Shown here: positions 37,705-51,416 of the stretch, in pieces
Layout of the letters: every line of letters begins with the position of its first letter
Numbering within the stretch: position 1 is the first letter of the stretch
Assembly: GCF_006345805.1 (NCBI RefSeq)
Contig: NC_043008.1
Location: forward strand, 41,168,001-41,232,000
Direction of reading: 5' to 3'
DNA from: Octopus sinensis
Taxonomy: Eukaryota
DNA: 64,000 nucleotides
Notes under the pieces: generated by a model
Seen by the model: only the letters and a program-made list of their open reading frames with translations
What the model was told of the DNA's origin: nothing
Databases searched by the model: none
Made by a program: the position numbers and the translations under genes

Positions 37705-40227
37705 GGACAGGCGAGGTCCCTCCTGAACCACATCAACACTCTGTACATGGAGCAAGTAATACTCCAACCAACCAGGGCAGGTAACACACTGGATCTCTGC
37801 TTCACAAATAATATGGATCTCATCCATAATGTGAAAGTGACACCGACACTACTCTCGGATCACGACATGGTAGAGCTGACCATGTACGGGCCAAAGAAAC
37901 TCTCAGAATCTTTCTAGCTTGAACTTCAATAAGGCAAACTGGAAACAAATTGAGAAAGAGATCCTCAAACAAAACTGGCCTGAATGTCTATCCTCGCCAG
38001 ACATCGACATGAAACTTCAACAATTCATGTCTGTAATGCAAGCCATATGCTACAAATGTGTCCCAGAGAGAAAGGCCACTGTACACAAGAACAAAATCCC
38101 CAGAGAGAGGAAAATTCTAATGAGACGGCATATAAAAATCTCAAATCGCCTAAACAAACAAATTGAAAGCAGTGAAAAGTCCCGCCTGAAAATGAAACTG
38201 TTGGAAATTGAAAAATGTCTGCAACTCTCCCATGAAAAGGAAAGAGCAGACAAAGAAGCCTGGGCTATAGACAACATAAAATCTAACCCCAGAGCTTCTA
38301 CAGGTATGCCAAAGAAACAGCTACGGTGCACTGTAGGATAGGGCCACTCCTTGAAAGGGATGGCACACTCACAGAAATCCAATGAGGGTAAGTGAAATAC
38401 TAAATGAGCAATTCAAGAGTGCTTTCACCCCACCCTTGGCCATTTCCAAATCAGCAATCCAACTGACTTCTTCACCACTGCAGATATGGATCAGAGGCGG
38501 CGATGATTGATTACATCAATATAAAGGAAGATGATGTAATAAAGGCTATAGATGAGATGAAAACAAACTCAGCTACTGGCCCCGATGGATTCCCGGCAAT
38601 CCTTCTAAAAGTATGTAAGAGAGTCCTAGCAAGACCACTGCAGTCTCTCTTTCAGAGCTTCCTTGCAACTGGCAAACTTCCAAGAAAACTGAGAAAGGTA
38701 AAATATGCCCTATTCATCAAAGGAGGTAGCAGGGCGGAGGCCAAGAACTACAGTCCTATCTCTCTGACCTCACACATAAGCAAGGTCATGGAACGAATAG
38801 TCAGAAGGAAACTAATCACCTTCCTTGAAGAAAATGACTTGCTGCCTGACACCCAACATGGTTTCCGACGAGGAAGAAAAACGCTTAACTCAGCTCCTAC
38901 AACACTATGATTGGGTGCTGAAACGACTGCTCAACCACACAAATGTGGAGGTGATATATCGAATTTGCAAAGGCCTTTGATAAAGTCGATCATGGAATGA
39001 TATGTCACAACAGCGTGATCTTGGCATAGTTGGAAAATTGGGAGAATGGCTTCATGACTTTCTGAAGGATAGAAGTCAAGTGGCAGTAGCCAATGGGGCC
39101 ACTTCCTTAACACGCAAATAGTGAGCGGTGTTCCGAGGGCGCTGTTTTGGGACCACTACTGTTCATAATGGCCTCTCAGACATGCCCTCAGCCACGCAGA
39201 GAGCCACGATCACAAGTTATGCAGATGATACAAAAGTTTCACAGGCAATACAGAACCCTGAAGACACTAAGCACCTGCAATGTGAGCTGGACAAAATATA
39301 CAAGTGGGCTGAAAAGAAGAGCATGCAGTTCAATGCTGAAAAGTTTCAAGCTTTATGCTATCAGCATGCAAAACTGAATGCAATACCCAATGAATACACT
39401 GGACCCGGAGGGATTGCAATCCCAGAGGCATAATCAGTGCGTGACCTGGGTATTCACATGAGTGGTGACGCAACCTTTCATGTACATGTTGCTAAACTGG
39501 CAATGAAATGTAGACGGCTGGCCGGATGGATTCTTAGAACCTTTAGAACAAGAGAACAAGAAACCATAATGGTCCTCTGGAAGACACTTGTCTTAAGCCA
39601 CTTTGACTATTGCTCTCAGCTATGGTCACCAACCAGTGTCAAGTTGATCACAGAACTTGAGGGGATCCAACGAAGCTACACGAAGAAGATAGCCTCTGTG
39701 CAGCATATAAGCTACTGGGAAAGACTCAAGAGATTAAAACTCTATTCCTTGGAGCGTAGGCGAGAAAGATATGCCATAATATATATCTGGAAGATCCTGG
39801 AAGGACTTGTCCCAAACTTTGGCATCGAGAGTCACACAAATGCCAGAACCGGACGCCACTGCGTGGTACCAAGGACTCCAAATTTGCCATCAAGATGTAG
39901 GACAAGATACTGTGATAGCCTGGGATTCAGAGGCCCACAGCTCTTCAATATCCTCCCGAAGAACCTGAGGGACCTGCATGGTGTAGATGCGGATGTCTTT
40001 TAAAGTAGGACTGGATCTCTTCCTGTTCAGGTGTCCCAGATGAACCAACCACTTCACGGCAGGAGGTGCAGATGAGGGCAGCTGCCATCGAACTCTCTCA
40101 TGCACCAAATGGCAGTTGCTAAAAGCATTCGTGAGGTAAAATCATGTAGCAAACCAAATGGCGTTTTGCCCCAGCATGGCGACACCTCATGAGCTGAAAC
40201 TGGAAAAAATCAAATCAAATCAAAATC
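37705..40227 (+). mobile_element. 5'-truncated CR1-clade LINE (APE C-terminus + RT), frameshifted
   Basis: PTRAGNTLDLCF..SDHDM, SATGPDGFP, NYSPISLTS..KVMERI, QHGFR, KAFDKV, YADDTK, RDLG, LSHFDYCSQLWSP, ELEGIQR and YWERLKRLKLYSLERRRER; (CAAAT)n tail. Confidence 0.95.
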
Positions 40228-40338
40228 ATATATATATATATATATGTATATTATATATATAACATACATACATACAATATCTAAAGATACGATCCAAGGA
40301 TCAATGTGGAGGAATTAGTAAACTGGATGTGTATATGC

Positions 40339-40401
<63 letters not shown>

Positions 40402-40420
40402 GTACATATACATACATATA

Positions 40421-40681
40421 CTCTTTGACTCTTTACTTGTTTCAGTCATTTGACTGTACCCATGCTGGAGCACCGCCTTTAGTCGAGCAAATCGACCCCG
40501 GGACTTATTCTTTGTAAGCCCAGTACTTATTCTATCGGTCTCTTTGCCGAACCGCTAAGTGACGGGGACGTAAAGATCCAGTATCGGTTGTCAAGCAATG
40601 CTAGGGGGACAAGCACAGACACACAAACATATAACATAGACACACACACACACACAACCTATATATATATAATAATATATA

Positions 40682-40726
<45 letters not shown>

Positions 40727-40887
40727 TACGACAGGCTTCTTTCAGCTTCCGTCTACCAAAATCCACTCACAAGGCATTGGTCGGCCCGGGGCTATAACAG
40801 AAGACACTTGCCCAAGATGCCACGCAGTGGGACTGAACCCAGAACCATGTGGTTGGTAAGCAAGCTACTTACCGCACATCCACTCCA
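40421..40887 (-). mobile_element. tRNA-derived SINE, full length
   Basis: Reverse complement of the 8232 family. Confidence 0.9.
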
Positions 40888-41214
40888 TATATATAATATA
40901 TGTGTATGTGTGTGTATGTGTGCGTGTATGTGTGCGTGCTTGTGTGTGTGTCTGTGTATTTGTGTGTGTGCGCGTCTGTGTGTAAAATTAGTAATGCATA
41001 TACTATATAAAAATAAACATGCTTTGGTCAAAAAGAAGGACAACCGAGAAAACATAAAACTAAAATCGACTTTGGTTTTTGTATAAGATGTCTCTGTCGT
41101 GATGATTGCTGGTTAAGTACCCGGTCAATTCATTACTAAATGTCTTCTTAAATTACTACGCCACTTGTCAAACAGCTACGGACGAAGAACACAACACGGC
41201 CATTGCGCATTGAA

Positions 41215-41480
41215 CACTATCTTTAAAGCGAGGACACCCGAAGAAAAGAGAGTTGAAGGCATTTTAACTTAGCAAAGACAATTCTCAGATGCAGTGTGAA
41301 AGCAGCAACCAATTAACCAACATTTTATGGCCGGTACAAATGATGCTGCAGCAGCTGACTAGTTTAGAAAGGAAAGTGTGATGAAGCCCTAAATAGCTAC
41401 ACACAAGACAACGACAGCAATAGACCTATGGTGATTACCACTTCTACCAATCCAAATATCAGGGCAATTATGTTAGGGTA
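41215..41480 (+). mobile_element. Possible PLE linker remnant
   Basis: KRGHPKK..KAF and RPMVITT..NPNI resemble the PLE RGYP and PLVxTYxP motifs; weak. Confidence 0.3.
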
Positions 41481-41725
41481 CTGCAGATGTACTAATGTAG
41501 CTCAACAACAGAGCCTTGCTAGAGAGACATTTCCACATGCAAATCAAGCAATATGCATAGTACTTAGTTCAGAAACGCATCTACCCGCAAATATAGCTGG
41601 TACAAAGATGCTAATAGCAACGTGTGTTATCTATCGTACAAACAGAAAAGCATACATGTATGTACGTGTGTATGTATGTATATATGTATGTATGTGTTAT
41701 CTAGGCACACACACACACACACACA

Positions 41726-41781
<56 letters not shown>

Positions 41782-42049
41782 AATGTGTACATTTAAACAT
41801 TTTTATTTTTCTGTCCCTTTCGCACTTACCCCTAATAGTGGTTTGAATTTTAACTACTAGTTCTAGCGGGTTAGATGTCCTGTTAAGGCCATCTATTATG
41901 CGTTTAACTGTACACTGTATTTATATGAATAATATATAGTCTATTGACTAGATTTTTTTCTTCACGCTATACCACTGTTAGCAAAACATTTCTAAATAAT
42001 TTTTGGCTACCCTGAAATTTATTAATGATGATATAAAAATATGTACATA

Positions 42050-42181
<132 letters not shown>

Positions 42182-42683
42182 TAAACATGTACAAAATAAT
42201 GCAGACAGACTGTTAATGGAAGTTTTATTATTTGATACGTGGTCTATCTCTCTTTGGCAGAATTTGTAGCCGTAAGACGTGAGGATAAATATTATGTTGA
42301 AATCCAGTTATTGCTGTTTGTTGCAATCCATGTAGTCTACCACACCTATGTGTTCATTATAGCAATTTTAAATATCATTACGGTAGGACGAGATGTGTTG
42401 TTATCCTGATAGCATTGGGGAGGAAGGCTTTGGAGCACAGTGTGGATATGAGCTGCAGAAATACTCAAATAGTCCTTTGCATTAATTTCAACATATAGAA
42501 CATCCAAAGGGCAAAAGAAAATTATTTCCTAACTGCGCGTATCAAGATTCAGTTCAACTTCACGTCGCCTTGGTTTAATGTCTTGTGATATAGATTCGGG
42601 CAGGCCAAATCATTGTAAGTCGTTTTAGTGGGCAGGAGGAAATTTTAAATCGCCGTACACACACATACACACAAGCACTCTCA

Positions 42684-42746
<63 letters not shown>

Positions 42747-43034
42747 TCCATATGTATAGGTATCTATATACACATATACTGTTAAAGATCTCTTTAGAAA
42801 TATATGGGCTGTAACTGAGAAGACCTCGGAATATATCCGAGACAAACGATAATTAAAGACTATATAAATGTAGATCAAAGTCTAGAATTTATTAATCTGT
42901 ATTATATTGTATTAATGCATGTGAATTTTTAAACCTATGTTTAAAATCCTGCGTCTGGGAATTTGCTGAATGATACTACCTTTGTTTCTCACTTAATTTC
43001 TTTAATTAGACAACACACACACACACACCACATG

Positions 43035-43096
<62 letters not shown>

Positions 43097-43959
43097 GGTA
43101 AATGTTTTCCTTTTCCATTTTTTCATTCCCATCGAAATGTATTCCTATAGTGGTTTGGATTTTGGCTATCCTTCGAGAGGGCCTGGTATCCTAATATATA
43201 TATATATATATACTATATATATATATAAGTATATACTTATATATTTATATATAAGTATATGTTTATATATATTATGTGTGTGTGTGTGTGTGTTTATTTA
43301 TTTGCAAATATATAGATATACATGCATATCTGCCAAAATGTATGTATGTGTATGTATACATGTATATAAGTATGGATGCATGTATATATTTCAAAGCAGT
43401 CAAATATGTTATGTCTACTAATATATAAATAAATTGAATGATAAATATCAGAGATAATAAACAAAAATACATGTATTATGCATTCTTCTGAAACTTATTA
43501 TAATCAGTAAATGTGTTGAACTAAAAATAGCTATGGCTGATATAAAATTGTATATCCCGCCATTGATGATATGCAACCTTGATAAGTATTATATATGAAT
43601 AATTACAGAGAAAATTTAATGCATAATTAACGTTGCAGCACAGTAAAAAGTAATAGCAAATTCATAATTAGAACATGTTAGCATAACATCCTTGAATTTA
43701 TAATTCAGTATAACATGATCACTATTCTGGCAAATTTTCAAGGAGAAATTTCTCTGGTGTCTCAGGTTCTAAAATTATTTCCTTCGGCTTCAACGTTAAC
43801 CAGAAGACTCTTTTAAACAAACGCTTCCTTGAAAAGAACAAGAAACCAGATAATATAAAGGCGTCAGCATAGTCCAGTAAATGTGTTGATAGTGTGTGTA
43901 TAAATGTTTTATACTGTTAATGTAGGAAATAAATATCTACATAAATAAATATCTACATA

Positions 43960-44129
43960 GGCGTAGGAGTGGCTGTGTGGTAAGTAGCTTGCTTACGAAC
44001 CACATGGATCCGGGTTCAGTCCCCCTGCGTGCTACCTTGGGCAACTGTCTTCTACTATAGCCTCGGGCCGACCAAAGCCTTGTGAGTGGATTTGATAGAC
44101 GTAAAATGAAGAAGCTCTTCGTATATATG

Positions 44130-44178
<49 letters not shown>

Positions 44179-44181
44179 TAT

Positions 44182-44243
<62 letters not shown>

Positions 44244-44455
44244 GCTCCCAGCTTAGTTTTTTCTAATGCTCGTTGCTTAGTTTTTCTTGGAGGGCTGGCC
44301 GTGATCTAGTAATCTCAAGATTAATCAGCCGAAATTACTACGATGATCCGGTTCTTGACTGAGACTGAGGGTTTCGAATGTCCTGTCCGTGTTTATTGTA
44401 TCGTCTTCTAAGAGTTATACGTTCTTGTCCATGTTGTATTTTTCTACATACCTTA

Positions 44456-44486
<31 letters not shown>

Positions 44487-44718
44487 CGTGTATATGTTTG
44501 TGTGTCCGTGTTTGTTCCGCCCCCCAACATCGCCTGACAACCGATGGTGGTGTGTTTACGTCCCCATAACTTAACGGTTCGGCAAAAGAGAACGATAGAA
44601 TAAGTACTAGACTTACGAAGAATATGTCTGGGGTCGATTTGCTCGACTAAAGACGGTGCTCTAGCATGGCCACAGTCAAATGACTGAAATAAGTAAATGA
44701 GTAAAGAGAGTAAAAGAG
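43960..44718 (+). mobile_element. tRNA-derived SINE interrupted by repeat X
   Basis: Head 43960-44122, (TA)n, repeat X 44248-44460, (TA)n, SINE 3' half ~44490-44718. Confidence 0.85.
44248..44460 (+). repeat. Unclassified repeat 'X', copy 3
   Basis: Near-identical to 5489-5700. Confidence 0.85.
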
Positions 44719-46404
44719 TATAATATTCAAGTAAAATTTTCACCAATATCTGTAGTGTAATTATTTCTCGCATCTGACTTTCTTATATACAGGAATAATG
44801 TTACAATTTTTCTGAAACTTATCTTTCCTTTTCTTAAACATAATTTTCAAATTTAACTTACCACAGTTGAAAAATCCATCGACGGTATAATTCTTATCTC
44901 TGTACTGTACTAGTCATCCCAGTTTACACCTGATTTGCCGAAAGGGTAATGCACTAATTTGGAATATTGGAGAGAAGGTAACGCAAGAGATAGGCAACGG
45001 AAAGTTGCATCTGTAATACTTGCATTAGATTGTTTATACATATACGTGTGCGTGATTTTGTGCGTGTGTGTGTAAGACGTTGTGTGCATGTTTATTACTG
45101 AGTATATTTATGTCAACGTATATATTTATGCATACGTATATGTATGAATTGACAGAATATATAGCGTCGACTGATAATACAGTTATTATTTGAAATCACG
45201 AATAGACTTGAAAATGGCTTATGAAAAGTATGTTCATAGCCAAATATAACTAACTTGAGTTTGCACCCAGCACCAAAACTAATAACCGGCACGATGGTTA
45301 AACATTTTACTGATTTTCTGAAAGAAACCTGACATTACCAGCCGGAACGTTTAATGTTTGCTGATAACGAATCAAAGAAAATCACAAGCGTTCACATGAT
45401 TCATTCGAACAATAAAAATGAGAATGAAGGGAACAATAAAATATTTCATCCAAAAGATAAGGCTGCAAAATAGTTTAAACAGCGATATATATCGGAAATG
45501 CTTTGTTTTAAAACGTAATATAACTAGCCATGAATTATGTAAAGTTCTACGTACGCATGCCCATATTTTCAACGAAAGGTATATATTTTCACAGGGAGAT
45601 TATTCTCCATAATGTATAAATTATGTGGTATATATATGTGTATATATATATATATGTATATATCATATCTATTATATATATATATATATATATAGATATA
45701 TATATATATATATATATACATGCATATGTGTATGTGTCTTCTTTTTAATTGATAAGTATCAAATATAAAATTGTGGCACATGATACAAACATGAAAAATA
45801 ATGTATTCATAAATCAATTTCGTTGAAAATTATGAGGGAGACCAAATGTGCCTTGCTTCTGCATTATATTTCTAAGTGTTAATATTATTTTTTAAAAAAA
45901 GGTATCATTTGAATGAAAATATTTATAAATTTTACTCTCTTCATTTAAGGTGATAATTCTTTTAAAGTATATGTAGGTCATTGCATCTTTGCTGACAGAA
46001 GTTTAAAAGGAAAATTAAATAAAAATAAGTAAGAAGTTTCGTAGAAAAAGCGAGAGAAAACCGATGTTTTAAGGTTAAGGGATATTCATGATACCAACAG
46101 CTATAAGCAGTTCCTTAGTCGACAGATTAATAATACGTTGATGTAGTAATCGTAACACCATATGCCTTTATTTTAGGGGAAAATTAATAATCTGACAAGG
46201 TGTGTAGATGACTGTTTTCAAATCCTTAAAGCAATGCAAGAGATTTTTCATGGAGATTTTTCAGTAGTTTGTCTCAGTTTATTTTTATATCTTGCGTAAA
46301 CATGTTAATGGTAGTAACAGTTGATAGTAATTTTATAGAAGGAAATGATAACAGTATGTCCTATATTAGTATCTGTAAATTGAGAATACTATTGTTTTTA
46401 ATGT

Positions 46405-46645
46405 GAAGACACATGGCCTCGTGTTTAGAGCACGTGTTCGAATCTCAGACCGGGTGATGTGTGTGTTTATGAGCTAAACACCTAAGCTCCAAGCGGCTCC
46501 GGCAGAAGGTAATGGTGAACTTCTGCTGACTCTTTCGCCACAACTTTATATCGCCCTTTCCTCCTGCATCAAGCAGCTCACCTGCGACGGACCGGTGTCC
46601 CGTCCAGGTGGGGAAACTACACGCCAAGGAAACCGGGAAACCGAC
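46405..46645 (+). mobile_element. SINE with V-domain-like 3' module
   Basis: Decayed tRNA-like head and body shared with the 63183-63558 element. cctgcgacggaccggtgtcccgtccagg..ggaaaccggg resembles the V-SINE domain. Confidence 0.6.
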
Positions 46646-47676
46646 ACTATCTCCACAACGGGCAAAAAGGATTAAAAAGAAGAATTGTTTTTAATATATA
46701 ACCCTTGCCGTGTGCGTATCCTACAATTGTCTAAATTCCATTGTATTTGGATTATTTGCGATTAAATTTTAGATGTATAATCCTTAAGCTTTTGGTGCTG
46801 CCAAATCCTAATATGGCAACTTACAAACGTCCAAGTAATTTCTTGAGTTAGCTTATTTGACGCTACAGTGTTTATCTGACTGCAGTTATTAATCTCGTAT
46901 ACCTTATTATAATTAAGTTGTTATTATCCCTTTTATTGCAGACTTTATTAAATATTAAACATTGCATATTGCAGTTCTGGTTATAGAGGTTACAATTTCT
47001 GCAATATCAATGTGTCTATAATATGTACGTGCGTTTAATTTCAATAACATTATCCTCGGTAATCGGATCATTAGCTGACAAAAAATGTGGATTTCCTAAT
47101 GTTATTCTTAATATTCATTGCAATCTCTTTACTACTAATTAATCTTGTCTCAGATTTAACTGGATTAATTGACCTGCATTCAGGTTTATATGCAAAGACT
47201 TGTTACGGTCCTCAATCATTACAAACTATTGCAGCTAAGCTCAGACGTTGAGTCTCCTATTTTCTTTTCGGTTTTTATATGGATTTTCATTCCTTATCAT
47301 ATATGATGGCGCCTGTATGTAGGTTTACCGAATGTTATTGTTGAATAGCTACTTGTATATTGTCTTCTCTGTTTGGTAAAGCTTTCCAGGTAAGTCTCAA
47401 AAGATTACTGCTTTATTGGATTTCTTAATTTGATTTTTGTCTTCTTTAATTTATCATATGGTTTCTACTCTTATTTTTCCCTTAACATAAGACACAACCT
47501 CACAAAGGCACATACATATACATGTACACACATACACAAACGCGCGCACACACATGCATATATATATATATATATATATTTATATATGCATATATATTTA
47601 TATGTATATATATGTTCATATATATGCATATATATGCACTCATATATGATTACATATATATATGTAGACATGCTTA

Positions 47677-48066
47677 TCTATTATATAAATTCCGTTTTGT
47701 CTGTCTGTCCGTGTGTGTGTCCTCTAGGATCTCGGGCATCCTCCATCTGATTGCACTCAAATTTGATATGTAGATACCGACGGTATCAGGGTGTGTATGA
47801 ATCTTGTAAAAATTACAAAAATCGATTCCAGGTGAGAATGCGATTGATAAAGCCGTGGGAACTTGCATTTGTATGTGCAAGTACATCGGCTGTTGCGATC
47901 GATACTTCGTGTACGCGAGAAAAATGCCCGGTGTCTCAAATTTAGGTTAAATAAGTGTCTCTCAGAGGGGAAGCCTATGGGACGGTTGGACAAGTTGTTT
48001 TGAAAAAAATTTGCTTTAAATGTTTGACAACTCAGCACTGTCCATTGGACAGGGGGCGTTTTCTAT
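47677..48066 (+). mobile_element. Non-autonomous Helitron
   Basis: Inserted after A; 5' TCTATTATATAAA..GTCTGTCTGTCCG; 3' hairpin CTGTCCA-T-TGGACAG (48038-48052) 10 nt before a CTA(G)-like end. Confidence 0.65.
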
Positions 48067-48099
48067 ATTTATATATGCATGTATCTGTATGTATGTATG

Positions 48100-48167
<68 letters not shown>

Positions 48168-49487
48168 ATATGCTTATATACCTATAAAGAGATGCGGACA
48201 GGCAAACGTAGCAGCAAGGAGAGAAGAATGAATAACTAAATAAATAAAGGTAACTTAAGTTTAAATATGGTGTGCATTTGTAGACATGGTGATACATATA
48301 GACGCAGAGCGGCTCTTTAAACTGCACTCCTCTTAAAAAGAAGTGTCCGTGTCCAATCGAATCGCATGACATCCTGACGAACTATCGTTATCCAGAGTCC
48401 CAGATCGGCTAATACGTTGGTGTGCCTGGAAATTGCATTAAAATTCATCGTCACACGAATATCCATCTAATTCCAAAATCACAGCCTTGTCACCCACAGC
48501 GTTTAAGGCTAATTCCGCCTTTAAATTAAGTCCGGGTAATACTCAACTACTAACGCATTAATTCACCAGCAATTTATTCACTCAGTTCAACAGTTGAATC
48601 CTCCTCGTCAGTCAACGGAGATCCACTATCACAAAATATCGCTATAAACAATTTAATGCATAAAATTATGTTATGTGTGTAATTTGCGATTTTATTCTAT
48701 AATGAATAGTCAAAATATTCATAGTGTGTTAGGGAACGTATATCCACAAACACCATTATTTGCTACGAAAAATTATACTATGAAGCTATTTGTAAGGAAT
48801 GTATATGCAAAAATATGTAACGCGCTGGGGAAAAGACTTCACAATATCTAATACTATACATTCACATACTGACTTGAAATGTAGCATAACTACCTTAATT
48901 GTATATCTCTATTGTACAGATAGCTTAAGTATCTGAAAATTAAGTTTTGTTTATGCTTTTGTCAGGCAATGTCTTACACTCTGGGAATTCGGCCACTGGT
49001 TTATAATATGAAGCAATTAAATAAATACCAAAATTAAACTGTGGATTATTTGGTTAAAATTGATAAAACAGTCGTACAATTCTTGTTCAATATTTGTACC
49101 CTATGATCATATTTCAATACAACGTTGGAGCTAGTTTTATCGACCCATATTTTTTCAATGCTAAGATTGTAAAAATAACGTGTCTTAGTATCATAATACA
49201 TTTAGTATGACTCTATATATATTCGCCTGATTAAATAAAGATTACTTTCTTAAAAGAGAAAATATGCTCAAAATTATAATATATAACGTACAACACACAA
49301 ATATCTAACGTAGTAAAATCATAAATGAAATGCTGTAGCGATATTTCTTTTTTATTTCTCATGCTTGAAAGTCTTTTTCAAAAGCATTATCTACAAAACG
49401 ATGTTTTGAATGTTGCAACTTAAAGTGTATTTTCGGAACATATATTTTTCTTCTCGACTACTCTGAGACTCACTGATTGAAGGGAGA

Positions 49488-49489
<2 letters not shown>

Positions 49490-49518
<29 letters not shown>

Positions 49519-49528
49519 TGTATGCATG

Positions 49529-49558
<30 letters not shown>
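49490..49558. repeat. (ATGT)n microsatellite
   Basis: Direct reading. Confidence 0.95.
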
Positions 49559-49562
<4 letters not shown>

Positions 49563-49598
49563 TATATGATATAATACAATATAATATAATACTATATA

Positions 49599-49636
<38 letters not shown>

Positions 49637-51416
49637 CTTTGAAAACTCCTTTTGGTAAGTGTGTTTATTTCTGCAACATTTCAAACGATATGAATATCTC
49701 ATGAGATTTCAGATACAATACGAATGGAATAAACGATAAATCATGTGAACTACTATGAGATAAACGAACGACTTCAGCAACCATTAGGAGAGAACTAGAA
49801 GGAGAAAGTAACATTTAATACGACATCAAACATCTATCTCCATACCCTCAAAAAAGCACAGACACACGAATTTCATATATACATATAGACCTATACACAT
49901 ATAAGGTATCATTTAGTTCATGGAACACGTACACATATCGTGAAATAAAATAACTAGCAGAATAAATGAATAAACCTTGCAATGCTTTTATATAATTATT
50001 TGTGGTCTGATAAAGGTGAGACAATACGTCTCCGAGAAGTCAAAACTTGTACTGCTAGCAAGTTATTCATCTAAGTTGAAGACCAGAAGTCTAGTACCAT
50101 AGTCCTGTATTAAACACCATACCGTATTAAATAGACTATCGACGTTCTCATAGCAAAAGAAAAATATATAAATAAGAAGGTAAAAGAAAAGAAAAAATAT
50201 ATAACCTCGTGAAATATCACTCATAGCAATTATTCTTCTCTATCACATCTCTTCCTGCTGTCTACAGTAGTAAAATTAAATTACATTTGCTTATATCCTT
50301 AATTCTCTGATCATATAATCATGTCAATTGCATTCTTATTTTCATGGTATTGATGAATCTTGTATTCTACGGACACCAAAGAGGATATTTCCTTTCTTTT
50401 ATTCTTATCTCTCCTCCACTACTCCTCCCTAACTCACAAAACCTCTCTATTTCTTTCTGCCTTGGTTTATTTTTTTCCTTACTATTTTCTTCTCTACTTT
50501 GAGATTTCTAATAATGGAGAAAGTCATATATAGAATCGCTTGCAGAGTTCCACGACGATTGACAGCCACGGAAGGACTTAAGGGTGGGGTTATTGGCTTA
50601 TAGATTGTGTTGACTACTACAGAACAGATTAGATTACAGCTGCCAGACGCGCTAGTAGTGCAATGTGGTTGAGCGATGTGTCGAAACCAGAATATGTGTA
50701 GCATTGCAGTTACGTTTGGCTTCATACAAGAAGAAAAAATATAGTAAATTGACTGACTTGAAAGAACGAGAGATTAGATTAGCTGTAAAACGGAGAATAA
50801 GGAGTGAGTTAAGGAATATAGTGAAATGAAGGAATAATATCCACTGAAAATGACATGCTGAGCACGTGCCAAACGGAAACCTAAGTACGCGATAGTCTTT
50901 TCGTTTTATTTAATTATGCTAGGAGTCAGAGCACAGGTGTTCTCGTCGCGACTTCTGTCAGAACTTATTTGAAAATTATGCTAACATTCGTTTTTCTACT
51001 TCCGTAAACAAAATCCCAGAATCCCGAAAATGTTTTCCTTTTTCTTTCTTTTTTTTTTGCCGTATGAAAAATAATATCATTATCACTGTTCACATATCAC
51101 GGTTTATTATTTAAGCTTACATCGATTCCTCTGCGGTGTTGTTTTGATTTATAATAAAATAAATATATACACATTATAAAAATAATAGAAAAAAGTATAC
51201 AGTGCAGTATTATTTCTGCTTCGTACATTTTCACCTATTGCGGAGGGGTTTGAAAAGTAACATTCGCGATAGTCGAGGAATTACTGTAGTTCACAGAGAC
51301 CGAGGTATTTGAGAACTATAAAAAAAAAAACAGAAACACCAGTTTGAAATCCAGCCGAGCAGAATTTCTTTTTACATAGGCGCAGGAGTAGTTATGTGGT
51401 AAGTAGATTGTTTACC

